Shown here: piece after piece, positions 1 to 7,788 of the stretch
Layout of the letters: the number at the start of each line of letters is the position of its first letter
How positions within the stretch are numbered: the stretch's first letter is position 1
Source: Candidatus Zixiibacteriota bacterium
GTDB taxonomy: Bacteria > Zixibacteria > MSB-5A5 > WJJR01
DNA length: 15,245 bases
NCBI GenBank assembly: GCA_036170655.1
Contig: JAVHPP010000059.1
Coordinates: 1-15,245 of the forward strand
Direction: 5' to 3'
The notes under the pieces: generated by a model
The model's database searches: none
What the model was told of the DNA's origin: nothing
The model's input: the letters and a program-made list of their open reading frames with translations, nothing else
Made by a program: the position numbers and the translations under genes

Positions 1-52
1 GGACTGTCAAGGGGAATCTTTGCGTTGTTCGGCGATTGCTCGGGTGGGGAGA

Positions 53-640
53 ATGGTATTTCGCCAGATTCTGAAGATGTCTGCAACGATCCTCTGTGGT
101 TCGTCCATCGTCGTTTTGCTCGGCTGGTGGTTGGGGGGAGAATACGCCGCCGACCGGATGCGCAGACGACAATCGGAGCGCCAGGATGTCCAAACCGCCT
201 CCCTTCAACGCCGGGTCAAGACAATCCAAGTGGGGCAGCCTCTGCCGCCCATCGTCGTATGGTCCGTGACCGGCGCGGAATCGTACGATATACGGGACCT
301 TTTGCTGGACGGGGGGATTATTCTGGTCGTCTCGACCGAGTGTGACGCCTGTCTCGAGAGCTCAGAAGAACTGATCGTGAACAAGGCCACCTCATGGCGC
401 CAGTATGTCGAGACAATTATCGTCGGCGATCATGTCCTCGGGCTCGCGGGATTTGTCCAGAAACTCAGGGAGAGAGGCGTCTTCACCGCCGTGTATTGCG
501 ATGTCCAGGAAACCCTCCGCCGGGTCCACGAAATCACGCCCAACCCCGCATACTTCCTTCTCGGTACGAGTGGGATCGTCTTGGATTTTGGCGCCGACGT
601 ACCGGCCGCGGCGGCGCTCACAACGTTTTTCAATAAATGA
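53..640 (+). CDS. Membrane-anchored thioredoxin-fold (TlpA/redoxin-like) protein with CxxC
   Basis: ORF track gives 20..640; ATG at 53 is preceded by GGGGAGA. N-terminal TM (ILCGSSIVVLLGWWLGG), then VGQPLP (redoxin G-x-x-x-P), a hydrophobic strand IILVVS leading into TECDAC (CxxC), VYCD, and a cis-Pro-like ITPNPAYFLLGTSGIV segment. Confidence 0.7.
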   Translation: MVFRQILKMSATILCGSSIVVLLGWWLGGEYAADRMRRRQSERQDVQTASLQRRVKTIQVGQPLPPIVVWSVTGAESYDIRDLLLDGGIILVVSTECDACLESSEELIVNKATSWRQYVETIIVGDHVLGLAGFVQKLRERGVFTAVYCDVQETLRRVHEITPNPAYFLLGTSGIVLDFGADVPAAAALTTFFNK

Positions 641-675
641 CTATGTTCCCGGTCACGGCGCAAACGATCCACAGG

Positions 676-682
676 GGAGGTG
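676..682 (+). promoter_or_regulatory. Strong Shine-Dalgarno site (GGAGGTG) for the small peptide gene
   Basis: GGAGGTG lies 7 nt upstream of ATG 690. Confidence 0.8.
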
Positions 683-689
683 ATGCAAA

Positions 690-917
690 ATGTGGAACAA
701 GAAAAATACGATCGCTGTCTTTCTTTTGCTGCTGTTTGCCTTTGCGTTTGCGTTTTCAGCGACGTACGAGGCCGCAATGGCGGGCCCGGGTCCAGAGCCG
801 CCGGCACCATGTAGTTGTCGTTATTATTGTGTCCCGAATCAGCAGTGGCAATGGGGAGACATGGCGCCCGGCGAGTGTTTGATAAGTCCAAGATGCCAGC
901 AGTGTGCAGCTCAGTGA
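690..917 (+). CDS. Small secreted cysteine-rich peptide (75 aa; about 44 aa mature, 6 Cys)
   Basis: Strong RBS; Sec-type signal (KK n-region, h-region AVFLLLLFAFAFAF, A-M-A cleavage site); mature part GPGPEPPAPCSCRYYCVPNQQWQWGDMAPGECLISPRCQQCAAQ; a terminator follows. Confidence 0.8.
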   Translation: MWNKKNTIAVFLLLLFAFAFAFSATYEAAMAGPGPEPPAPCSCRYYCVPNQQWQWGDMAPGECLISPRCQQCAAQ

Positions 918-953
918 GTCTCCGCGATTCTTCGACCTGCCGTGGCCGGGACC

Positions 954-982
954 GGAAGCCGGGCAATCGCCCGGCTTTCTTT
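954..982 (+). terminator. Rho-independent terminator after the peptide gene
   Basis: Stem AAGCCGGGC (956-964) / GCCCGGCTT (969-977), loop AATC, followed by TCTTT. Confidence 0.75.
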
Positions 983-1033
983 GTCGCGCGGCGGCGATGG
1001 CAACCCACGGACGACACCAGATCGCAGATTACA

Positions 1034-1159
1034 TCACGCCGCACCGGCGCCCATCCGGTACCGGTACGCCGTCATCGAAAACGCCCCCAACGCAAGGGAG
1101 AGAATCATGACCTTGGCCAGCAGTCCCAAATAGGGAATCGCGGTGAGCAGCGTCAGGAT
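1034..1159 (-). pseudogene. Out-of-frame C-terminal segment (41 aa) of the adjacent bactofilin-like membrane protein
   Basis: The other frame encodes ILTLLTAIPYLGLLAKVMILSLALGAFSMTAYRYRMGAGAA*, a hydrophobic hairpin that continues AIVSLFAGML if one base is added near 1160. Confidence 0.7.
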
Positions 1160-2217
1160 AGCATTCCGGCAAACAGGGAGACGATTGCAGGCGCAGCGCG
1201 GCCGCTGCGCAGACGGGCCAGCAACCAGTCGCCCATGGCCAGACCCACGAAGATCTTGGCCAGATACAGGAGAATCACCCAGACCGTGAGCGCGATGACC
1301 GCCAGCGGTATGCCCAACAGTGACACGGCGACGATGAGCGCCGCCACCGGAATACACACAAGGAACAGGAATCCGAGTCCAAGGCTCTTCCATGAGGCGT
1401 TGAGAATGGCGCTCTTCACGTCGTTCACGAACGGCTTGAACAAGGCGAGCATCACGAGGCCGACGGCAAAGGCGGCGAGAAACCACCAGGAATCCCAGAG
1501 AAACCCCCCCAGCGTGTACTGGTCTTTCTTCTTGGCGGCAGACGGGCCCATCTTCTCGACCCCGCCCAGAATCTGCGCGCCATCCTCGATCTTGGCTTCT
1601 TTCTCGGAACGGTACTTGAGCTTCCCTCCGATGATGGCCGACTGCATGATGGTGATCTGATCGGCATGGATTGTCACGTTGCCGTCAATCTGTCCGGCGA
1701 TCACCAGCTTGCCGCATCCGCCGCCGACATCGCCGCCGATCCGCCCACGGATCGTGCCTTCGGCAGCGCCGATGTACAGGTCCTTTTCGACCCAGCCGCG
1801 GTCGTCGATGATCAGTGTCTGGCAGAAAGCCATCATGTTGCGTTCGATGTGCCCGCGCAGGTTGACGTCCTGTGCAAACACCCGAGCCGAATTAAGAATG
1901 TGGCCGTAGACATCGATCCGTCGCGCGGCCCCCATGAACGAGTTTTCAATCAGGGCGGAATCGCCCACCGTCACATTAGCGCCCGCCGCAAACAGGTCGC
2001 CGATGAGATGCGCGTCAAAATCCACGTTGCTGGCAGCGGCAAAGAGATCGTCAAGGATCTCGCCCTCCCGAATCTGTACGGCCTCGCCCCCCCGAAACTG
2101 TGTCGCCCTTGCTCCCGTGGAAACGCCGAACAAGAGACACAGCCCGGCGATGATTACCAAACGACGCCGAAACGGGCCTGTTTCCTGTCCCCACAAAGTC
2201 ATCTGCTTCTTGCTCAC
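1153..2217 (-). CDS. Polymer-forming cytoskeletal (bactofilin-like) beta-helix repeat protein with C-terminal multi-TM domain; truncated by an apparent frameshift
   Basis: Likely GTG start at 2217 with GAGGT SD. Signal peptide ends ARA. Repeats such as DDLFAAASNVDFDAHLIGDLFAAGANVTV and GRIGGDVGGGCGKLVIAGQIDGNVTI, then AIIGGKLKYRS, then several TM helices (LLGIPLAV). Confidence 0.75.
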   Translation of the reverse strand: MSKKQMTLWGQETGPFRRRLVIIAGLCLLFGVSTGARATQFRGGEAVQIREGEILDDLFAAASNVDFDAHLIGDLFAAGANVTVGDSALIENSFMGAARRIDVYGHILNSARVFAQDVNLRGHIERNMMAFCQTLIIDDRGWVEKDLYIGAAEGTIRGRIGGDVGGGCGKLVIAGQIDGNVTIHADQITIMQSAIIGGKLKYRSEKEAKIEDGAQILGGVEKMGPSAAKKKDQYTLGGFLWDSWWFLAAFAVGLVMLALFKPFVNDVKSAILNASWKSLGLGFLFLVCIPVAALIVAVSLLGIPLAVIALTVWVILLYLAKIFVGLAMGDWLLARLRSGRAAPAIVSLFAGMLS

Positions 2218-2296
2218 TGGGTCCACCTCTTGCTTGGGGGTTGGACATTCCGGCCATCGGAGGATACGCATGCCGCGCGCCAATGTTTCCCCATAG

Positions 2297-2324
2297 AGGT
2301 TAGCCCATCCGCCAGTAAACGCAA
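2297..2324 (-). promoter_or_regulatory. Putative sigma70-type promoter for the bactofilin-like gene
   Basis: Minus strand reads TTGCGT-N16-TAACCT about 80 nt upstream of the GTG start. Confidence 0.3.
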
Positions 2325-2507
2325 GCAGAATCACATCTAAATGCCGCTCGCACGGTTCGTGTAAGGAGGTCGCTGCCCATCAGCACATCCGTCACGGTGT
2401 GCTGAAAGGCCTCTCCGTTGCCGGATTCTTCGGCTCTCGAAGGCCCGTCTCCCATACGTTTGGGCCGTTTTCTTCACGCTCCGTGCCGTTACTGCCTGCG
2501 GTGACGC

Positions 2508-2538
2508 TGAAGATCTGCATATCTCCAGCCGATACAAT
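2508..2538 (+). promoter_or_regulatory. Possible promoter for the diguanylate cyclase (sigma28-like GCCGATAC overlapping TACAAT)
   Basis: TGAA at 2508, GCCGATAC at 2528-2535 (FliA -10 consensus is GCCGATAA), TACAAT at 2533-2538; the -35 match is weak. Confidence 0.25.
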
Positions 2539-2590
2539 GATTTAGGACTGGTCAGTCCGCCGATGTGCGGACGGCGCAGTCGTTGTCGCT

Positions 2591-4156
2591 ATGCGCTGGA
2601 TGCGGTCTTCGGGTATATTGCTGGCGCCGAAGGTGGATTACATCTTCTGGGCGCTGCATGGTTTGACGCTGACAGTACTCACCGTCTGGCTCGCATTTGT
2701 ATGGTCTGAAGTTGCGGCTGTCCGTGTCGCCGCCGTCACCGCTTTGGTCGTGCTGGGGCTGATGGCGGGCGCGTTTGCCTTCCTCCGCCGGCCCGGTGCG
2801 CGCTTTGACACGATGTTCTGGCCGATTCTGGCTCTCGATCTATTCGCCATTGGCTGGTTCATCTACTTCTCCGGTGGTATCGCCAACAACCAGTACCTGT
2901 TGTTTTTTGCGCTTATCCCTTTCGTCGGCTATCACTATGGGCTGCGCACAGGACTCGCCTTGGCCGCCGTTGTGTCCGTGGCCTATCTGCTGATCTGCGT
3001 CACGGTGAATGGCTCCGGCGTTCTGCCGGCCTTCGTCTTTCGTTCGATCATGCTGGGCCTCTTCACGGCCGCCATGGGATACTCCGCCATGTTCATCCGC
3101 CAGTCGGAGGAACGTCTGCTGAATGCCATGGACAAGTTGAATGAGCGCACCACCGAACTGGAGAAGACCCATTATCAACTGCAAACGATATACGAAACGT
3201 CGCGCTCGCTGGCCGAACTGCTCGCGGAGGGGGACGTGATCGACCGCGTGCTATTCATCGCCCGCTCGGTCCTCAATTATCCGGTGTGCGACGTCTATAC
3301 GTGGGACGACGTCCAGGGAAAGCTCTGGCTCAAAGGGCGTCTGGATCATGAGCAGACAGCCCGCTACGAAAAACCCCAGACGGTCGTGCCGAACGCCATC
3401 ATGCGCCAGGCAATCGAGGAGGGGGAGATCCGCCGCGTGCTCAATCGCCATCCCGGACGCATGGTGATCGACGAACACCCCAACCGGTCGCAGTTATTTG
3501 TTCCCATGATTTCCCAAGGGAAGGTCATCGGGCTGCTGGCGGCTGAGTCACCGCGGGTGAATGCGTTCACCGAGCGTGACGAACGGGTGATCTCGGTGCT
3601 GGCGGCGTCAACCGCCATGGCGCTCGTCAACGCCGATCTCCACCGGCGGATGGAAATGCTGACGATCGTCGACGAACTGACCGGCGCGTACAACTACCGC
3701 TATTTCCGCCTGCGCCTCGAAGACGAAAAGCGCCGTGCCGTGCGCTATAGCCAGCCGCTCTCCCTGATCATGGTCGACATTGACTGGTTCAAGCATCTCA
3801 ACGACCACTATGGACACGAGACCGGCAACATCGCGCTGCGCGGCCTCGCGCAGGTGATTGCTTCCTGCATCCGCGATGTCGATGTCCTCGCCCGATACGG
3901 GGGGGAGGAATTCATCGTCATACTCCCGCAGACCGGCCGCGACGAGGCGAAAGCGCTGGCGGAACGGATGCGGCGTCGTGTGGAACAGACCGATTTTGGT
4001 CCCGATCCCCAGGGACGCCCGATGCACATGACCATTTCTGTTGGGATTACCAGCTACCCCGATAACGGCCGTCCCGAAGACGAACTGGTGGAATCGGTCG
4101 ACCGTGCCCTTTATCACGCCAAAGGGAACGGCCGGAACGTCGTCTGCACCAGTTGA
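2591..4156 (+). CDS. Membrane sensor diguanylate cyclase (about 6 TM, coiled coil, GAF, GGDEF)
   Basis: N-terminal hydrophobic helices; GAF signature SQLFVPMISQGKVIGLL..ES...AFTERD; DELTGAYN, DIDWFKHLNDHYGHETGN, RDVD I-site and ARYGGEEF active site, SVG, DRALYHAKGNGRN. Confidence 0.95.
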   Translation: MRWMRSSGILLAPKVDYIFWALHGLTLTVLTVWLAFVWSEVAAVRVAAVTALVVLGLMAGAFAFLRRPGARFDTMFWPILALDLFAIGWFIYFSGGIANNQYLLFFALIPFVGYHYGLRTGLALAAVVSVAYLLICVTVNGSGVLPAFVFRSIMLGLFTAAMGYSAMFIRQSEERLLNAMDKLNERTTELEKTHYQLQTIYETSRSLAELLAEGDVIDRVLFIARSVLNYPVCDVYTWDDVQGKLWLKGRLDHEQTARYEKPQTVVPNAIMRQAIEEGEIRRVLNRHPGRMVIDEHPNRSQLFVPMISQGKVIGLLAAESPRVNAFTERDERVISVLAASTAMALVNADLHRRMEMLTIVDELTGAYNYRYFRLRLEDEKRRAVRYSQPLSLIMVDIDWFKHLNDHYGHETGNIALRGLAQVIASCIRDVDVLARYGGEEFIVILPQTGRDEAKALAERMRRRVEQTDFGPDPQGRPMHMTISVGITSYPDNGRPEDELVESVDRALYHAKGNGRNVVCTS

Positions 4157-4247
4157 CAGTCCTTCGAACTGGCGCAGGGTCTCGCGGGTGCCGGTGATCG
4201 AAATGGACCGTTGCGTGCGCGCGCAATTCCCTCTACATATCCTGGCG

Positions 4248-5189
4248 ATGGTAAGCCCCCGGCCAGTTTCTGATTCGCGTTCCCCGGCGCCTCTGGTGCT
4301 CTCTTACCAGGGCGCTTCGCCCGACAGCGAACTCCTGGGCTGGATCGAAGAAGGTTTGGTGTCCGGCGTTGTCGTCTTCAAGATGAATGCGCCATCCGAC
4401 GAACAGCTGGCATCGGCGGTCACCGAACTGCGCCGAGTCGCGCCGCGTCCCCTCCGGATTATGATCGATGAGGAAGGCGGACCGGTCCGCCGCCTGACGG
4501 AGGCGGCCGTCTCGATGCCGTCGCTGCGGTCATACGAGCAGGCGCCGCTGACTCAGGTGGGGGCGGCTTACGCGCGGGTCGCCGGGCGTTTGTCCGGTAT
4601 TGGGGTTGACACACTCCTGGCGCCGGTGGTCGACATCGGCGCCGAATCATCTGGATGGCTTCACGAACGAACCTATGCCGACGATCCCGATGCGGTCGCG
4701 GCGATGGCCCGTGCCGTGATCCCGGCTGTCCAAGACAAAGGGGTGTCGGCTTGCGCCAAGCATTTCCCGGGGACGCGGGCGGTGACCGTCGATCCGCACC
4801 ATGGCATCGCCATTGACCCGACGCCACAATCGGTGTGGGAACGCACCGACGCGATTCCCTTCCGGGCGGCGATCGTTGCCGGTGTGCAGATGGTCATGGT
4901 TGGCCACCAGCGCATGATGGGCTTCGATGCCACACGCCCGGCATGTATGTCGGCCCTGATGGTACGTGTCCTGCTACGGCAGCGGCTGGAGTTCGCCGGT
5001 CTGGTCCTGACCGACGATCTGGCGATGGATGCGATTGCGAAGCAGTATCCGATTGAGGATGCCGTTCGCGCTGCGTGGGAAGCGGGATGCAATTTCACGC
5101 TTGTATGTCAGAATCGGCTCTTGCAACGCCGTGCGATATCATCTTGGCGTGAATGGATCAGCGATCGCCATGAGGCAGCCATCTCGTGA
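4248..5189 (+). CDS. nagZ: Beta-N-acetylhexosaminidase, glycoside hydrolase family 3 (single domain)
   Basis: IDEEGGPVRR, LAPVVD, CAKHFPG..AVTVDPH (catalytic His loop), PFRAAI, MVMVGH, PACMS, LRQRLEFAGLVLTDDLAM (nucleophile Asp). The start is uncertain; ATG 4248 avoids overlap with the DGC. Confidence 0.88.
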   Translation: MVSPRPVSDSRSPAPLVLSYQGASPDSELLGWIEEGLVSGVVVFKMNAPSDEQLASAVTELRRVAPRPLRIMIDEEGGPVRRLTEAAVSMPSLRSYEQAPLTQVGAAYARVAGRLSGIGVDTLLAPVVDIGAESSGWLHERTYADDPDAVAAMARAVIPAVQDKGVSACAKHFPGTRAVTVDPHHGIAIDPTPQSVWERTDAIPFRAAIVAGVQMVMVGHQRMMGFDATRPACMSALMVRVLLRQRLEFAGLVLTDDLAMDAIAKQYPIEDAVRAAWEAGCNFTLVCQNRLLQRRAISSWREWISDRHEAAIS

Positions 5190-6367
5190 TCCACCGGCCG
5201 CGACATCCTCTGATTCGTCTTCTGGAAAAACCGCGGCTGCGCGTCCTCGGCATCAACAGCGGAACCTCGATTGATGGCCTCGACCTGGCGCTGGTGGAAA
5301 TCGACGGACTGCCCGCGCCCGGCCGCGTGCATCTGCTGGACACTTGCTCCTTCCGGTATCCGCGCGGGTTGCACCATGTCCTCAAGGAGATCGCCGGCGC
5401 GCGGACAGTCGACAAGGAACATGTCGCCAGTACGCATTTCTCATTCAGCGAGTGGACAGCCCAACGCGTTCTCGAATTTGCCGAGGGGCGCGCGAGATCA
5501 TCGCCGATCGATCTCGTCGGGTTTCATGGCCAGACAATCGGCCATTACCCCGGAGTCGGGTCTGCGGCGAAAGGATTGACGCGTGCCACCTGGCAATTGG
5601 GGTCCGGTTCAGTCGTTGCCCAGCGCACTGGCATCCTGACCGTGAGCGACTTTCGCACCGCTGACATCGCGGCTGGAGGACAGGGAGCGCCGTTGTCCGG
5701 CTACTATCATTATCTCCTGTTCGGAGCGCGTTATGTGTTGCTCAATCTGGGTGGAATAGCCAATATCTCCGTGGCGCGCAGGAAACGAAGCCGCTTGGAG
5801 ATTCTCGCGTTCGACGTCGGACCCGGCAACATGATGAGTGATCTCCTGACGCAGACGCTCCTGGGCAGGGCATTCGATCCTGGGGGACGCATCGCCTCAT
5901 CCGGCGCCGTCGATCTGCGCCTCTCACGACGCGTCCTGAGCGATCCATACTTTCGCCGCCGGCCGCCCAAGACTTGTGGGCGGGAAGAATTCGGCCGCGC
6001 GTCCGTCGAGCGATGGTTCTTGCATAATCGGTCTGCCAGACCAGCCGATCTCCTCGCAACGTCCCTGTACATCACCGTGAACGCCATTCGCCGTGCTGTC
6101 CAGCGCTGGGTTGAGCCTTTCACGAGGTCTCGTCTTCTGATCATCACTGGAGGAGGAGTCGGCAATCTGACCCTCGTGCGGTTTCTGGCCGAATTGTTGC
6201 CCGGCTGGAGTATCAGCGTTTCAGACACACTTGGATTCCCGGCCCAGTACGTCGAACCATCGGGATTTGCGGTCCTGGCCCATGAGACGTTGCATGGGCG
6301 CGACGGGAATCTCGGAGGTGCAACCGGAGGAGATCCCGCCTGTCTGGGTGTTATATCGCTGCCATGA
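5186..6367 (+). CDS. anmK: Anhydro-N-acetylmuramic acid kinase
   Basis: GINSGTSIDGLD, GFHGQT, DFRTADIAAGGQGAPL, LNLGGIANIS, AFDVGPGN, PPKTCGREEFG, TGGG; GTGA overlap with the nagZ stop. Confidence 0.95.
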   Translation: MIHRPRHPLIRLLEKPRLRVLGINSGTSIDGLDLALVEIDGLPAPGRVHLLDTCSFRYPRGLHHVLKEIAGARTVDKEHVASTHFSFSEWTAQRVLEFAEGRARSSPIDLVGFHGQTIGHYPGVGSAAKGLTRATWQLGSGSVVAQRTGILTVSDFRTADIAAGGQGAPLSGYYHYLLFGARYVLLNLGGIANISVARRKRSRLEILAFDVGPGNMMSDLLTQTLLGRAFDPGGRIASSGAVDLRLSRRVLSDPYFRRRPPKTCGREEFGRASVERWFLHNRSARPADLLATSLYITVNAIRRAVQRWVEPFTRSRLLIITGGGVGNLTLVRFLAELLPGWSISVSDTLGFPAQYVEPSGFAVLAHETLHGRDGNLGGATGGDPACLGVISLP

Positions 6368-7665
6368 AGACCGCACACCAACACCGGTCTTGTCCGAACG
6401 TGGCCCGTTTCGCGTACGCTCGCGCCGGCGTGTTCTTCCTTGTGCTCCTGGCCGGCGCAGGGTGTATCCCGACCCGGTTGCATGACACCGGGGCGTTCGA
6501 TGATGAGTCCCTGAGGCTTCCCGTTGTGCGTGTTCGTCTGCCCGAAACCGGGCCGCGTTTCACCCTGAAAGGAGAAGGGCGTTTCATCGTGCGCGCCGCC
6601 ACGGTCGATTCGGGGTTTGCGACTTTCTCGACACCAGGACCGGTCACAGTCGTCTTCACGCGCCAGGAGGCGAATCTTCTGGAAGAGCATGGCATCCGGC
6701 TGGCTGGCCGCCTGACAGGAATCTGGGTCTATCCAACGAATCCAGACAATCGCCTGTGGCTTGGCAATGTCCCATACCGGGGTACTCTGCTTATCGGCCG
6801 TGACCGCAACGGAGATCCCATTGTCGTCAACCGGCTGAGTCTCGACGACTACCTGACTGGTGTCCTCGCTCCCGAAATGGGAGAGAGGACGCCCAATGAG
6901 ATCGAAGCGGTCAAGGCGCAGGCGGTTGCCGCCCGCACCTACGCGCTGGCCCACCTCGGCCAATACGAAGGCGCCTCCTATGACTTGAAAGCCGACGTCA
7001 GCGATCAGGTTTACGAGGGCGCTTCTCAAAGGCGCCCCTGGGTCGATGAGGCCGTCACCGCGACCACGGGAGAAGTCGTCACCTACGACGGCCATCTGAT
7101 CGACGCTTACTACCACTCCACCTGCGGTGGCCGGACCGACAACATCGAAGACGTTTGGCCCAAAGCGCCGCGACCGTTCCTCGTTTCGGTCGATGACGAC
7201 ACATTCTGCCGCTGGTCCCAATACTCCACATGGGCGGAGACTTTCGACAGGAAAACCCTCTTGAGGAACCTCCGCGCCTACCGGCAGCAGCTCAAACCTC
7301 CACCCATCAGGGATTTCAAGGTCATCAAAGATATCCTCCTTGAAGGGGAGACCCCCGGTGGACGCGTCAAAACGATGACCGTCGTGACAAATCAAGGAAA
7401 GTGGACGGTCAGCGCGGATCAGATCCGTTGGGCCTTGGGGCGCCCGTCGCGCCGGGGCTCGATCCTCCCATCTGACCGCTTTAAGTTGGATCTGAAACGC
7501 GACCGGCGCAAGAACGTGATGAGCGCCGTTGCCAGCGGCGCCGGCTACGGTCACGGCGTCGGTATGTGCCAATGCGGCATGATCGGCCGCGCCCGTGCTG
7601 GTCAGCAATACCGGGACATCCTCACGCACTACTACACTGGCGTGCGGATTGAGCGCGTGTACTGA
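6364..7665 (+). CDS. SpoIID/LytB domain lipoprotein (lytic transglycosylase family)
   Basis: Lipobox-like LAGAGC; YRG..., VNRLSLDDYLTGVLAPEM (catalytic Glu), EAVKAQAVAARTYA, DQVYEG, YHSTCGGRT, GAGYGHGVGMCQCG, ILTHYYTG; ATGA overlap with the anmK stop. Confidence 0.93.
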   Translation: MKTAHQHRSCPNVARFAYARAGVFFLVLLAGAGCIPTRLHDTGAFDDESLRLPVVRVRLPETGPRFTLKGEGRFIVRAATVDSGFATFSTPGPVTVVFTRQEANLLEEHGIRLAGRLTGIWVYPTNPDNRLWLGNVPYRGTLLIGRDRNGDPIVVNRLSLDDYLTGVLAPEMGERTPNEIEAVKAQAVAARTYALAHLGQYEGASYDLKADVSDQVYEGASQRRPWVDEAVTATTGEVVTYDGHLIDAYYHSTCGGRTDNIEDVWPKAPRPFLVSVDDDTFCRWSQYSTWAETFDRKTLLRNLRAYRQQLKPPPIRDFKVIKDILLEGETPGGRVKTMTVVTNQGKWTVSADQIRWALGRPSRRGSILPSDRFKLDLKRDRRKNVMSAVASGAGYGHGVGMCQCGMIGRARAGQQYRDILTHYYTGVRIERVY

Positions 7666-7683
7666 CGCACGGTGTACTGACGC
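7657..7683 (+). repeat. 12-bp direct repeat GTGTACTGACGC spanning the SpoIID stop codon
   Basis: Copies at 7657-7668 and 7672-7683. Confidence 0.7.
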
Positions 7684-7748
7684 CCTGTGCCATGACTCCC
7701 GGTGTCACTGTTCCCCATCGCTGCCGTGAGTCCAAGGCCGGCGGGAAA

Positions 7749-7771
7749 CGCCCCTGAAAGGGCGGCCTAAC
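7749..7771 (-). repeat. Degenerate GTAG-type REP-like palindrome
   Basis: Minus strand GTTAGGCCGCCCTTTCAGGGGCG: a near-GTAG head followed by an imperfect CGCCC/GGGCG hairpin. Confidence 0.35.
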
Positions 7772-7788
7772 TCCCATAACCCTAAGAG

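Noticed and set aside
815..1660. 281-aa plus-strand ORF and other overlapping ORFs (430-1044, 1666-2340)
   Set aside because: They are antisense or out-of-frame shadows of better-supported genes, and the first two cross the terminator.
2335..2590. c-di-GMP or glycine riboswitch
   Set aside because: I could not match the conserved cores by eye; only a generic hairpin is evident.
4041..4247. N-terminal extension of nagZ
   Set aside because: It overlaps the GGDEF gene, and GH3-like sequence begins only after about 4248.
5731..7629. 632-aa antisense ORF
   Set aside because: It lies entirely opposite anmK and SpoIID, has no recognisable motifs, and is a typical shadow ORF of high-GC codon bias.
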